From assembly GCA_965287045.1 (NCBI GenBank), contig OZ336870.1:101432001-101496000 (forward strand): 64,000 nt of DNA. Direction: 5' to 3'. This DNA is from Carcharhinus amblyrhynchos. Taxonomy: Eukaryota. The translations under genes were made by a program, and so were the position numbers. Numbering within the stretch: position 1 is the first letter of the stretch; every line of letters begins with the position of its first letter. Below the pieces are notes generated by a model. The model did no database searches. It saw nothing but the letters and a program-made list of their open reading frames with translations, and was not told the DNA's origin. Below are positions 14,090-26,578 of this stretch, piece after piece.

Positions 14090-14450
14090 GCTACTAAGCT
14101 CGATCAGTGTCATCCTCACGCCTCTGAGTTAGAAGTTGAGAGTTCAAAATGCATTTCAGTGCAAACAAATATATGTAACTTGGAGTGCTGAAGGAGTGTT
14201 GCGTCATTGAATGTGTCAACCTTCAGTCAAGGCATTAAATTGAAACCTCAAACCCCCTTTCTTCAGGTGGATGTTGGCAATCCTGTAGTAATATTTTCTG
14301 AGTAATAAGCAGTTGACCTAACCAACATTCCTCTCCTAGCCATCGCGCACATACTGCTTGTGGGTTCTTGTTTTGCATAATGGCTCCTGCATTTGCCTAT
14401 GGAAAGTTGTTGCATGCCAATGTAATTTTTATATGTGAAGCACTATTAAA
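14090..14450 (+). mobile_element. Deu-domain SINE (SacSINE1-like), degenerate
   Basis: CCTCTGAGTTAGAAGTTGAGAGTTCAAA head; GAGTGTTGC...CAGGTGGATGT Deu-like core; TGTGAAGCACT tail. Confidence 0.65.
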
Positions 14451-15106
14451 AAAAATGACGCATATGGACTGCAAAGAGTTCAAGATGATCCATCGCCAAT
14501 TTCTGTTGCCCAAGATGGGCAACAAATTCCAATGATTCCCATATTCCAAGAAGTTTGTTTTTCTTTCATCCATCTTCCACCACTACCCATTCCATTCAAT
14601 TTCTTGCTGAGATCTGAATAAATATTGTTCTTAAAATTTCACTTCTGCCATTTGAAAAAACAGCTGTTATGAAGTGTGGTTATTCTAACTTCTATCACAG
14701 TAGGCAAATATATGAAGAAATATGAATGCAGATCTCATCAAACGGTGCTTGGCACATGCTGGTCTCTAATCTGGCACACCAATGTCAGCTTGCCATTTCT
14801 AAATTTAAGTTCAACTAAATTTTCATATTCTCAGATCTGCAAGTTATTTTGGAACAAGGAAGAGAGAAACATTAGCTACGTGATCTGCTCAGTAACAGCA
14901 ATTTACTGCATAGAATTGACAGTCCAGTGCAGGAATTTTTTAATGTATTTTTAAACTTAGAAGTAAGCAAACTCTGTGTACACACCTACTTTGTATACAC
15001 CTATTTCATCTGTCTTCAGAATGTTTTGTAATCTATTCAATTGTTTTAGAACTGGTCTACTTTAGGGCATGATTTGTTTTATTTTTATAAGTAAAACTTC
15101 TTACAA

Positions 15107-15400
15107 GGGCAGCACAGTGGCAAAGTGGTTAGCATTGCTGCCTCTCAAGACCAGGGATTCGGGTTCAAGTCTGGCCTTGGAGTCACTGCCTGTGTGAATT
15201 TCGCACGATCTCCCCATATCTGCATGGATTTCCTCTGGGTGCTCTGATTTCCCCCCACATTCCAAATATGTGCAGGTTAGGTTGACTAGCCATGCTCAAT
15301 AGCCTCTTCCAGGGACCAGCAGGGTAAATATGTGGGGTTACAGGGTTAGGACTTGGATGGATTGTTGGTGCCAACTAGATGGGCTGAATGGATTCTGTGA
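15107..15400 (+). mobile_element. Near full-length HE1/V-SINE
   Basis: GGGCAGCACAGTGGCAAAGTGGTTAGCATTGCTGCCTC head with A box, GGTTCAAGTC B box, V-domain, CR1-like GATTCTGTGA tail. Confidence 0.88.
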
Positions 15401-15434
15401 AGTATGGTAGCCTAATGTTGCTTAATTGTGCAAT

Positions 15435-15980
15435 TAAAAGAGAAAATGCTGGAAAATCTCAGGTCTTGCAGCATCTGTAATGAGAGAAAAGAGCTAATGT
15501 TTTGAGTTCAGATGACCCTTTGTGAAAGCTGAAAGCCATAGAAAGTGGGAGATGTTTATACTGCGGGGTGAGGGAATGAAATATGAACCATAGCCACAGA
15601 AACCAGGAGAAAAGGCTGCTAATGGCAGTCCATAGATAGAATAAAGGGTGTGAATGGCCTTTTTCTAAATTTAATCCCTCCTCCCTCCCCATCTTCATCT
15701 GTCACAGCTTACTGTCACTCTCTGATTTCAGCTTTTCTGCCGTTTGGTTGTTCACACCCTTTATTTTCTCTATAGACTGCCATTAGCTACTTTTCCCCTG
15801 GTTTCTGTAGCTGTGGCTCATGTTTCATTCCCTCACCCTGCAGTATAAATATCTCCCATTTTCAATGTCTTCTGGCTTTCACAAAGGGTCATCTGGACAG
15901 GAAATGTCTGCTGTTTTCTCTCCTTACAGATGCTGCCAGACTTGCCAAGATTATCCAGCATCAGCAATAATTTGCTTTTA
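15435..15980. mobile_element. Penelope-like element terminal repeats in inverted orientation
   Basis: 15435-15660 is the reverse complement of ~15746-15980; ACAGATGCTGCCAGACTTGC..TCCAGCAT terminal motif; decayed hammerhead in each arm. Confidence 0.75.
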
Positions 15981-16227
15981 TCCAGTTATTAATTTGTCAG
16001 CCTGCAGAATTTGAAAATCACCAATCATAGGAGAACAGCGCTTCACCTGTTGGAGTGAATAATGTGCAAATTCAAGTTATTTTACCAAATATACTCAATT
16101 TCACAATTATTCCTTTGCATTTTGCATTTTCAGCCATTTATTTACCAATTCAGCTGCATTGGATGCCATTGTGGTGGTGATCCTCTGTTTGCTGTTTTGC
16201 TACTTTGGACCTCTACCTGTCTCTTAT

Positions 16228-16622
16228 TACAAAGAACACAGAAAATTTACAGCGCAGGAACAGACCCTCCGGCTCTCCAAGCCTGCACCGACCATGCTAC
16301 CCAACTTAACTAAAACCCACTACCCTTCCAGGGACCATATCCCTCTATTCCAATCTTATTCATGTATTTGTAAAGATGCCTCTTAAGATGCACTATCGTA
16401 TCTGCTTCCACTACCTCCCCGGCAACGAGTTCCAGGCACCCACCACCCTCTGTGTAAACAAAAACTGCCTTGTACAACTCCTTTAAATCTTGCTCCTTGT
16501 ACCTTAAACCTGTGCGCCCTAGTAATTGACTCTCCCACCCTGGGAAAAAGCTTCTGGCTATCCACTCTGTCCATGCCTCTCAACCTTGTAGACTTCTATC
16601 AGGTCTCCCCTCAACCTCTGTC
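16228..16622 (-). mobile_element. CR1 LINE 3' fragment (different subfamily)
   Basis: ORF 16383..16583 MRGMDRVDSQKLFPRVGESITRAHRFKV is a typical CR1 ORF2 C-terminus. Confidence 0.88.
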
Positions 16623-17499
16623 AAGACCTACTATTAGCAACATCAGTAATTTCTTTGATCATTTAATAACACACATCAATACTTTATTGTGAATACAGAG
16701 TTGGTTGGCATTTTGTTGTTTCAGAGCTGGTGACCTGTATGAGATCCATAACTGTATGTAATGCAGCTTCTTCTGAAAATTTAAAATGCTGAAAGTAGTT
16801 GTTTGTGAATTGTATTTTTGTTACAGGCACTAACATAAACTCTGTAGTTGTCAACAATGGAGACTCGTGTTGCAGCATTTCTGATAACTTGTTTAAAATT
16901 CTACTATTAATTTGAATGCAGGTCTGATGAGATATTAGACAGATTAAGATTCAGAAAAGACACCTGAGCAGACTACTTTTGACAATGAAAATCAATTTGG
17001 AGATTCCAGTGTACTCAGACAATAACTTGTATGCTTAAGTGAGCTTGGCATCAGGTGGCTGGTGAGAACGACATTGGGAGGCAGGATAGGCTGTTTGCTT
17101 GATGTTTCTGCTGGCATGACATCGAACAAAGAAGAGGTTAAGAGACCATGTCCTTTCAGTATAGATGAGAAAAGAGACAAGTGGGCAGTCAGTAGATTTT
17201 TTAAACAAATGTTTTTCTTTTGAGAGCTAATGTTGAACTTGAGAGCATTCTTTTCATAAAAAGGTCCACTTCATTTGCCTTCAAGTTGACTTCAGTTTTA
17301 CAGCAAGGTAAATTTTCAAAGTACTTTTGTAACTACTTTTTGACATTTTCTATGGGACTATCGCGTAATCAGTCCCTCCAGGTGTGGATTTGAAATTGAT
17401 CTTGTGATGCTTTTGGAGTAAAGGAAGAAATGGGACAGAAATGCAAGAAACAAAATTAAGGGTCATAAAATAGAATTCTATTTTTACCTAAGCCTATAT

Positions 17500-18300
17500 T
17501 TGCATGATGTAAGGAATCTGTTATATTTTAGTTTAATAAGAAAAGCAGTATTGGGTCTAGTCCTAGGAAATTTATTGGGTGTTGTAAGGACTATGGGGAA
17601 TCAGCGACCATAACAATTTAAAATATGAACATGTGAAGAAATGGCAGTACTCGACTGAAAAACTCAGTTGTACTGAGAACTATCCTAAACAAAAGTTAAC
17701 AACGTAGTTGATAATCAATGGAAAATACTCAGAGGATATGATTAGGATAGATGGATAGATCTCATTAGTAAAGACTGTAGTACCTTGCATGACTAGCAAA
17801 ATTAATATGTGACAGATTGGAGTTAAATTTAAAAAAAATCAAAAACAAAATAGACCAATCAAAAATATAAGTTTAAAAAATGATGTGGGCAACTCACTAC
17901 AAGTTACAAGAAGTATAAAGTAAAGGAATAGTTTAAAAAAGACAGGACTGATGAGATGTGAGAATGAAGGAATGTTAAATGAGTGTTAATTTTCAGAGTA
18001 GAGTATAGGCTACAAATGGAGCCTGGAGCAGTTTGGACTTGAAAGATTGAAGAAACTTAAGTAGAAAAGGCACTAGACCAGGATGGTGTGCATCATAGAA
18101 CACACAGATCGAGAAGAAATAGTGGGGAGATTCTGGTCACAATTTTTCAAACATCCTTGAACTTGTATTGATACCTCCAGAGAACTGAAGAATAACCAAT
18201 CCAATTTAGCCCTTTCAAAAAGGGCTAAAACCTGATAAAACTACAGATGTGTCTAACATGGAAGATAAATTTTTTATGCCATGATGTGTTGAAAATAATA
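17500..18300 (+). mobile_element. Very old CR1 ORF2 remnant
   Basis: GGGGAATCAGCGACCATAACA (GxSDHN endonuclease end) and GACCAGGATGGTGTGCATC (PGPDGxHP-like). Confidence 0.5.
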
Positions 18301-18490
18301 TTTAATTGAGGATTCATAATTGTAAATTAACTTTATGCTGGGATTTGGAAATTTTGGTTGTTTGTATTCTATCATTAGCACTAGCTTTTAGTAATGTTAT
18401 GGTCCCAATATTTTGACTGTGAAACTTAACCTTTTCTTCCATTTGGTTTATCTCAAAATATTTCTGTACACGATTCGTTACTGTTTCTAG

Positions 18491-18623
18491 GATCATATCT
18501 CGTCTGTGAGTGCACCTACAACACTGACATCTACTGAGGAATCTCTATCTCAGGGGCAGTCCCACACTGAAAAGCTTGAATGCCAAGCAGACAAGTTTCT
18601 TAATGCTATCTTTCACAAAAAAG
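18491..18623 (+). CDS. LCORL: LCORL coding exon 4, 133 bp
   Basis: gtttctAG|GAT CAT...AAA AAA G|GTata; [44 protein letters not shown] vs recalled human ...[24 protein letters not shown]. Confidence 0.92.
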
Positions 18624-21600
18624 GTATAATGTTATATTTTCATGTACATAATAAGGCTTGTTGAAGCTTCAGTTTTAAGTTGTATGTTATTTTGAGTTGA
18701 ATATTTTCAGTATTGATTGCTGTGCATGAAAGTGATGTGTGTTGGGTGACAGTGATGCTTAAGACATATGTTTAATTAACACAGTGGTGCCCGAGGGATT
18801 GTACACGGATGTCAGTTTTGGGTCTACTGTTTATACGTTCTGTATGCTCCTAATGTTCTCTGCCCGGTTTAGAATTTTTATTCAAGACATGCTGGCTCCA
18901 TCTAGTGGCTGTATGAAAAGTAACTTCATTTTCCTATATTATTATTTTAATGGCTTTGTAGGCCTGGAATTCTCTGGATTGATATAAACAGCAGTTTAGT
19001 GAACAATTCAATCTCCACATTGATCTTACTGAAAGCGACTTGCAGTGCAGTTTCCAATGAATTTTAACCACATGTGCCCAAACATATAACACAACAAGCT
19101 CAGAAGGGGCTTAAGTAATTGTTGGGAAATGTGAGCAGCCATTGCATGAGGGTCAGATGAGACGAGACCAAAAGTGAAGCTTGGGCAATGTGGTAAGTGG
19201 AGCATGGTTTTCTCTGTCCAATTTCTTTTTATTAAAAAATACTTTAAAAGTTGTTTCCTGTGCCTCAACGCTATCTCTCTTTTTTACAGTGATATCCACT
19301 GAGAAGAGGGTCAGCAGTTTCTTGTCGAATGACCTGCAATAAATTGAATTGAGGAGGAGCTGGATGCTTAATGGATAAAGATTGCCCATCTCCGTTCAGT
19401 AATCTTAGCTAGGATCGCTGGAAGAAAGTCTTACCAACAGCTTGTAGAAATTCTGTGCCCCCTCCCCACCCCAATGGACCCCTGAACAGTGTCATAGAAA
19501 ATGCATCTATCTGGTCAGAGCTGGCAGGGTAAGACATTCACCAGCTCTCTTTCAAAAAATCAGACAAGGGCATTGACGTTGAAATGCTCTATGAGCAGCA
19601 CATCTTATTTTTGTCATATAACCTGCACTGGCAGGTGCTAGTTCTTTAAAATACAGCATCCAAACAATATCTGTAGTACTAGCTACATCTGATATTCAGT
19701 GAAAACACCTGGTCTTAATTGTTGACACGCCCCTTTAATCTCTGGTTAACTAAAGAGAGGTATTTTTGAACTATGACTTCCAGTGTTAACCAGGCAACAA
19801 CAAGCTGTAAAGGGTGAACCTGACTTAAGGGCGCAAAAATCTGAGTGTGGTGTGTGTATGTACATACGTACATAGGTGGGAGGAGGGAAAAGAGCACCTC
19901 TAACAGAAAATGATACAACAGTCGCAAACTATTGCACAGGCTTTATTGAAGTGGGACAGTGTCTTCTGGCGGGAGTGCAATTTCTTCAGCCCCCCCCCGA
20001 CCCCAAAGACACTCAGGCCACATCACTCAGTTGTCTTGTCAAAGGCAGCCATTTGGATACAGGCACTCTAAGCAACCTGTAAGGCAACACCTAGTAAGCG
20101 GCCTTGCTGACTTGACAACCTGGAAAATCGGACACCAATGAGGAGGAGGAGTAGACATCAGCCAAATTATGAAGAGTCATGTGAACCAGACTTAACAGAT
20201 TTGTTTTTTAAATTACATGCTTTGAGCACAATAGATAACGTGTGAGTCATTGACAGTCGTTCACACTGGCTGCAAAGGCATTCCTGTAATTTCTGCCAAA
20301 ATGATGGATTCCCCACTGGAATTGGACTGCATTCATTGATTTTGGGGGACACAGTAAATGGTACTTTCTAGTCTTTTACTTGAGCAGTCACTTGAGGCTT
20401 CTGGGATGTGGCATCGCTCAGTCAGCTGATGTGACAGGCAAGATTGGGCTTCTAAGATGCTCTCTCTAAAGATGTGACCAGCAACCAGATCCCTCCCAAG
20501 AACCAACTGCTGTGTGTTGAGAGACTGATGAACCCCATTCTCCTTCAGTCCAGAATTGGAGGTAGTGAAGCTGCCATGAATGATCTCGTTGAAATCGGCA
20601 GCTGCAACAGCATATTTTAAGAGTCACATTTTTGGCACATTGTGTTCAAGAATTAGTGAATGTCTGCTTGCTGGGTCTATCTGTTTCAGCCCCTTTTGAT
20701 CCAGGGACTGCTTTGTACAATGCCATAACTGCATGATCAGTTTACTGTTTTGTGTAGTTGCTGACTGGGCTGTTTTTTGGACAATAATGTACAGTTGCTC
20801 CTTTTGCTCTACAACTGCCTTTGGCAATGTGCTTTTTAACCTGCAACTTCAATGGACTGGATTGTTAATGCTTTCTTTTTATATTGAGTCATTAATGCAG
20901 TTGATGGCGAAAGTAAGGTTTTTTTTGGATTAATAAATATTTAAGCAGTGTTTACAGAAAAATGTTGACTTAAATTTGGGTACTTTTTTTAGTTTGATAC
21001 TCAACTACCTCAGCACTGTTACTGATGCTGGCCTTTTGTTGCAGTCGCATCTTTAAGGTTCACAATGAAATAATGTTCAGTGGAGAGTGTTTGTTTATAT
21101 AACATTCTGAATGCCAAAACTTTCAAGGTTCACGTGTTTCCATTGCTGTTGAGCAGTGTAGAAGGTTCTGGACCTTGCCACTGTTTTCTATTTGAAAGTT
21201 TACTTGTTTGAGGTGTGAGTCATGTTTGGAGTGACATTGTTGAATAAAGTTTTAGTTATATCTGGTGTTGCCTGGTCTTCAGTCTTTGCAACAACTTCCC
21301 CAAAGGAAACTAGCAACAGAAATGGTTTGTGAATTGCTGATGCTACCGGTGGGGATTTTTGAAGGTGGGGCAATCAGTTGCTGAGCGCTTTTCCTAGGAG
21401 CTGCTATCTGATTTTCTTGTTCACTTGGCTATGGAACTAAGGTCTTGAAATCTTCCGATTTAATGAATCCTCACCAGGCACTTTCTGACTAATCCCTTCC
21501 AGCAAGACAAAAAAGGGCACAACAATCTTTGCGTCTCTGTTGCAGATACTATAGGGCAACCTCCAACCTCTGGATCTCCATTGTTCTCTCCACTACCTCC

Positions 21601-22744
21601 TGTTCACTGTACATGCATGATTGCAATATTCCTGTGCAGAATAGTGTCATCAACTATGGTGACAGCTGGTAGGTGTTATTGCTCAGAGTCCATCTATTTA
21701 TTTGATCCTCTTTGAATAATCAGTGATGGTGGAATGGCAAAGGATATAAACATCCTGGCAGATTCTTGGTTGCGCTTTGCATTGAAATGCAGAGTCCTTT
21801 GCGGGCATCATAGGCTAACTTAACAAGTATAATTTCTTCCTATAATGAATGTTGCCGGTTCCCTGCTAAAGTAGGTTCAATCGATAGCCTATATCCCAGG
21901 GAACACAGCCAGTTTGTAATCATTGCTCTGCAGGGGATATGCCATACTGGCTGAAAACGGCTGCCCTGTCACCTGCTGAATGTAGGCTCATGCAGCTTCT
22001 GGACGGTATTGTAAAGTGGGTGATTGGAACTATCTGGAGCTATAAAAATGGAAAGCCATAGTGATGATATCTCGCAAAAAGTCTGTGGCTTTCTTTCTCC
22101 CTGAAGAATTTCACACGTGGCCACATACATTGCCACTCCAAGGTCCTGATATAACCTTCAAACCCATTAGTACACGCTCAGAACACTGGGGATGCCTTAC
22201 TCCAATGTTTCTCATTCTTTACCTCATTTGTTTTAAAAAGCTGAATTGAAGAATGCTGATGAGACATGCCATTGCAGCTCCTTTATCCAATTGACCATTG
22301 GAAGAAGTGAAAAATATTGGGCTGAGAAAATCTGATGTCTCTGGGCAGAAACATTGAGATGGAAAAAGTTGCTGCTGTGCCAAAATGAAGCTGTTTGAAA
22401 ATTTGCCAAGAGTCACAAAATATATTAACATTAGATGTCTTCTGATGATCCTTCACCCAGTTTCGTCTGCAGTCACCAGAAAACCAGACAAAATCTGGAA
22501 AATCCCCACAAGTGGCTCTCTTGCATGCAAGCAAAGCTCTATTATTCACTAGAAAGTTAGATGTGCAAAAGATCAAAACAGCTGGCATATTTAAAACCAG
22601 CACAAGTTGTCTTTGGTGCTGAAAATTGCCATTGTGCTGTACTTATCCCATTGTTTTGGTGGTTTCCAGGAAATTATTCCAATTATATTGTACTAAGTTT
22701 ACTTAACACTCTGACAAGGTCATATGGACTCAACAATATTTTAT

Positions 22745-22802
22745 TTATCTCTCCACAGATGCTGCCAGAACTGCTGAGTTTTTCTAGCATTTTCTGTTTT
22801 TA
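22745..22802 (+). mobile_element. Penelope-like terminal fragment
   Basis: CTCTCCACAGATGCTGCCAGAACTGCTGAGTTTTTCTAGCATTTTCTGTTTT. Confidence 0.7.
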
Positions 22803-22919
22803 ATTAATGTGTATGTGGATAGAAGGAAATGAAATTTGCTCTTGTATGCGGTAATAATTGAAATGAACACTTATTTTATATTGTACATTTCCATTAATAT
22901 ATAACATTAATCCTTTTAG

Positions 22920-23171
22920 ACCTTCCTCAGAACTGTGATCGCAACATTCCTCTAGTTGCTCAGGAAATAATGAAAAGAATGATTCGTCAATTTGCAATTG
23001 AATATATATCCAGAAGTAATCATGTTCATGAAAATCAGACTGGATCGACCGATGAATCTGTTTCAGTCCCAAATGATCCTCCTGCCAAGCAAACTCAGAA
23101 CTTTCACCAGGAGCAGGAGGGACCCCTAGACCTCACTGTGAATAAAAATCAACCGAAAAATTTTCAACAAG
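22920..23171 (+). CDS. LCORL: LCORL coding exon 5, 252 bp, with CtBP-binding PLDLT motif
   Basis: ccttttAG|AC CTT CCT...CAA CAA G|GTaatc; DLPQNCDRNIPLVAQEIMKRMIRQFAIEYISR...EQEGPLDLTVNKNQ; overlaps ORF 22970..23245. Confidence 0.95.
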
Positions 23172-23233
23172 GTAATCAGATTTCTTTTCTAATAATTGAG
23201 TGTTTCAGATTTCAGTATGTGTGCACATGTAAA

Positions 23234-23770
23234 TATAGTTATTGAGGAAAGACTGTAACAGTACATTACCACAATATTTATTTTATCATTGGAACCTGGA
23301 TTCATTGCCAGCTCAGAAATAATGTAATGAAAATCAGTGACATAACCTAATTCTAAGTAAGTGCAAGCAACAAATTGACAACCATACTCGCTTTAAATAT
23401 ATAATTAATTAAAAGTGGAATAAAATATGATACGGTCAGTATTGGTTCACAGTCAGGTCAGTTCATGGCACGTTTTAAAGTGGGATGACTTTCTCTGGTT
23501 GCTGATTTTAGAGTGCACCGGTGAAAATGTTTTTTTAAATGGATAGGAATATTGTTAGCAAAGCCAGCTTTTGTTGTTCATTCCCAATGGGGACAATTGC
23601 TATCCGTGTACTGTAGGTACACCGTGGTACTATAGCATAACAAAACTAGAAAATGAATTCTACACCCCATAACGCTGCAGCCATTCTCATCTGTTGTAAC
23701 TTCTACCAGCATGACAAGAACATTTGTGCATGTGCATTCAATCCACGCTGCAGGTACCAGCACATGTACA
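23234..23770 (+). repeat. Left arm (donor) of 537-bp inverted duplication
   Basis: Block-by-block reverse complement of 25161-25697; one mismatch (C23389 vs A25542); duplicate ORFs 23578..23799/25168..25353 and 23653..23853/25087..25278. Confidence 0.97.
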
Positions 23771-24744
23771 GCTGTTGGGACAGGGTGGAATTTTTCCATG
23801 TCTTACTACATGAAATCTTGTTTTTTAACACTGCCTCTTTACATCACCATTAAGTGAGCGTTTAGCATTGTGATTGACAATTAACATATTCTTAAAGCTC
23901 TACAGTGGTACCCAGGTAGAGAAACAGCTGCAGCTTCAGAGGGGTCACCTCACTTCCATATACATCACTAATTAACTTGCTACAATCCATAATAAATCAG
24001 ATCTTTGAAAATAAACAAAATAAATTAGTTAATTTAAATATTGTTTCCTGCCCAGTGTGTTAAGGGAACCCCTTGTGTTTCCCAATCATTTCAGATGGAT
24101 GATAATGAGACTTTGAATCATTGTTTTGAATCTTGTAAATTTCTTAGAAGTGTTTTATACTTCTATGGGTTTTTGCCATTAAAAAGTTGCAACTAATTCT
24201 CCATAGTCTTAAGTTCATTGGAAGCTGGGCGTCTCATTTATTGAAATTTCTTTTTTTACACACACATGTTATTTTATACATCATTCACAGAATTTTCAGA
24301 AGCATGTTTTACAGAGGGAACAGTTGATAAATGATAGGTAAAATAGGTATCAGAATTTGTATGTGAAGAACTGTGCAGACCCAAAAATTGCTAATTTGAA
24401 TTTTATCTTTAACTTCAAGCCAACTTGTTTGTTTTAATGCAGCAGCCAATACTCTGACACTGTGTGCAGGAAATACTCCTCCTGGTATCATGGCATAATT
24501 AAACATCCTGTCTCACCAACATATAAAATATATCTTTTAGATTTTTATAAAATTAACCTGTTCTTGAATTTCTTTTATGCAAGTTGTTATCCGAACTTCA
24601 TGTACAAACTGAAAAACAGGAGCATATTCTGTAATAAGCAACTTGATTATTCAGAATTCTGTGAATCTTAGAACATGATCACTACAGCACAGAAGGAGGA
24701 CACTCATACTGTCGTGTCCATGTTGGTTCTTCACAAGAGACTTT

Positions 24745-26578
24745 GCAAAGACTGGCAGCCAACACTGAAGTGGAATCCTAAAGGCTTTCTGTAGACATAT
24801 AAACAGTAAAAGGAGTACGGCCAGTTAGGCATCAGAAAAGGAATTTGCACATGGTAGCAGGGGGACTGGCTAAGACCAAGCCCAAGATGGGGTGCAATAC
24901 CTTATCTTGTCAGCTTTTACCTTGTTTGTCCCTCTTGAGGAGACCATGAATTGGATTCCATTTGAATTTGGTTTTTTGTAACGAGTAAAAATGAATTAAA
25001 AACAAAAAATTAAATCAGTACTTTGCATCTGGCTTTACCAAGGAGGTTGATGGAGACCAATGAAGAAAATTTGTCCCTAGAACGGCTCAAAATTGATATG
25101 GTGGAAGTGTTGAATTGAAAGTTGACATGACATTGGGACAGGATGAGATGTTCCCAAGGATGTACATGTGCTGGTACCTGCAGCGTGGATTGAATGCACA
25201 TGCACAAATGTTCTTGTCATGCTGGTAGAAGTTACAACAGATGAGAATGGCTGCAGCGTTATGGGGTGTAGAATTCATTTTCTAGTTTTGTTATGCTATA
25301 GTACCACGGTGTACCTACAGTACACGGATAGCAATTGTCCCCATTGGGAATGAACAACAAAAGCTGGCTTTGCTAACAATATTCCTATCCATTTAAAAAA
25401 ACATTTTCACCGGTGCACTCTAAAATCAGCAACCAGAGAAAGTCATCCCACTTTAAAACGTGCCATGAACTGACCTGACTGTGAACCAATACTGACCGTA
25501 TCATATTTTATTCCACTTTTAATTAATTATATATTTAAAGCAAGTATGGTTGTCAATTTGTTGCTTGCACTTACTTAGAATTAGGTTATGTCACTGATTT
25601 TCATTACATTATTTCTGAGCTGGCAATGAATCCAGGTTCCAATGATAAAATAAATATTGTGGTAATGTACTGTTACAGTCTTTCCTCAATAACTATAGGA
25701 AGTGAGAGTGGAACTGCAGGGGTGTTGGCAATCTTTGTCTCCTTTAGATTCAAGAGATTCCAGAGGATTGTCAAGTTGCAAATGTTATGTATGCCCTTGT
25801 TCAAAAAAGAGAGAGCCCCAGCAGTGGAGTGGGCAAATAAATGGCCGATGAAGTTCAATGCGGAGGAGTGTGAAATGATGCATTTTGATGAGAAGAACAT
25901 GGAGATACAATACAAAATAAGGGGTAAAATTCTTAAGAGGATGCAGGAGCATAGATTATTGAAGATGGCAAGACAAATGGGGAGAGCAGTTAATAAAACA
26001 TGTAGTATCCTAGGCTTTATTAATAGGGCAATAGAGTACAAGAGCAGGAGGTTAGACAAGACACCAGTTAGACCTTAGCTGGTGTATTTTGTACAGTCCT
26101 GAGTGCAATACTGTAGGAAAGATGTGAGCGTATAGGAGAATGGTTCTACGGATGTAGCACTTTGGTTATGAGGGTAGGTTGGGGAGGTTCACATTGTTCT
26201 TCTCCTTGCAGAGAAGAACACCAAGAGGAGATTTGATTGAAATGTTCGAAATAAAGGGGCTGGACAGAGTAGAAAGGGAGAAACTGTTCCCCCTTGTAAA
26301 AGGTTCAAGAATGAGCAGGTGCAGAATTGAAATGATTTGTAAAAGAAGCAAATGTGATGAGGGGGAAAAAAAAATTTTCACACAATGAATTGTTTGGGTC
26401 TGGAATGCACTGTCTGGAAACTTATTGGAGGCAAGTTCAATGGAGACATTCAAGATTTCATTAGATGATTTGAATAGAAACAATATGCAGGCGAATGGCA
26501 CTGAGTCATAATGCTCATTTAGAGAACTGGTGCAGACATGGGAGGGCTGAATGGCCTGCACCACAACTATTTTGTGAT
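24745..26578 (+). mobile_element. Degenerate CR1 LINE, interrupted at ~24875-25009 and 25161-25697
   Basis: ORFs 25626..26078 (EWANKWPMKFNAEECEMMHF...ILGFINRAIEYKS) and 26179..26388 (RGDLIEMF..GLDRVEREKLFPL). Confidence 0.85.
25161..25697 (-). repeat. Right arm (derived copy) of 537-bp inverted duplication, inserted in a CR1 fossil
   Basis: Flanks GATGAGATGTTCCCAAGGA and GGAAGTGAGAGTGGAA rejoin to a CR1 sequence like the one at 35388-35430. Confidence 0.95.

Noticed and set aside
15107-15180. tRNA gene
   Set aside because: The A/B boxes belong to the tRNA-derived head of an HE1 SINE and run straight into the V-domain
19900-22050. Possible RTE/L2-type or ancient SINE fragments (also ~1560-1680, ~3020-3720, ~10980-11200, ~55780-56390)
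   Set aside because: They look repeat-derived but are too decayed to assign family or boundaries by eye
23578-25353. Duplicated 61-73 aa ORFs as small paralogous genes
   Set aside because: By-products of the inverted duplication of intronic DNA, with no recognisable protein features
23234-25697. Composite DNA transposon with 537-bp TIRs
   Set aside because: No transposase and no duplication flanking the outer ends; the CR1 continues across the right arm only, showing that this arm alone was inserted
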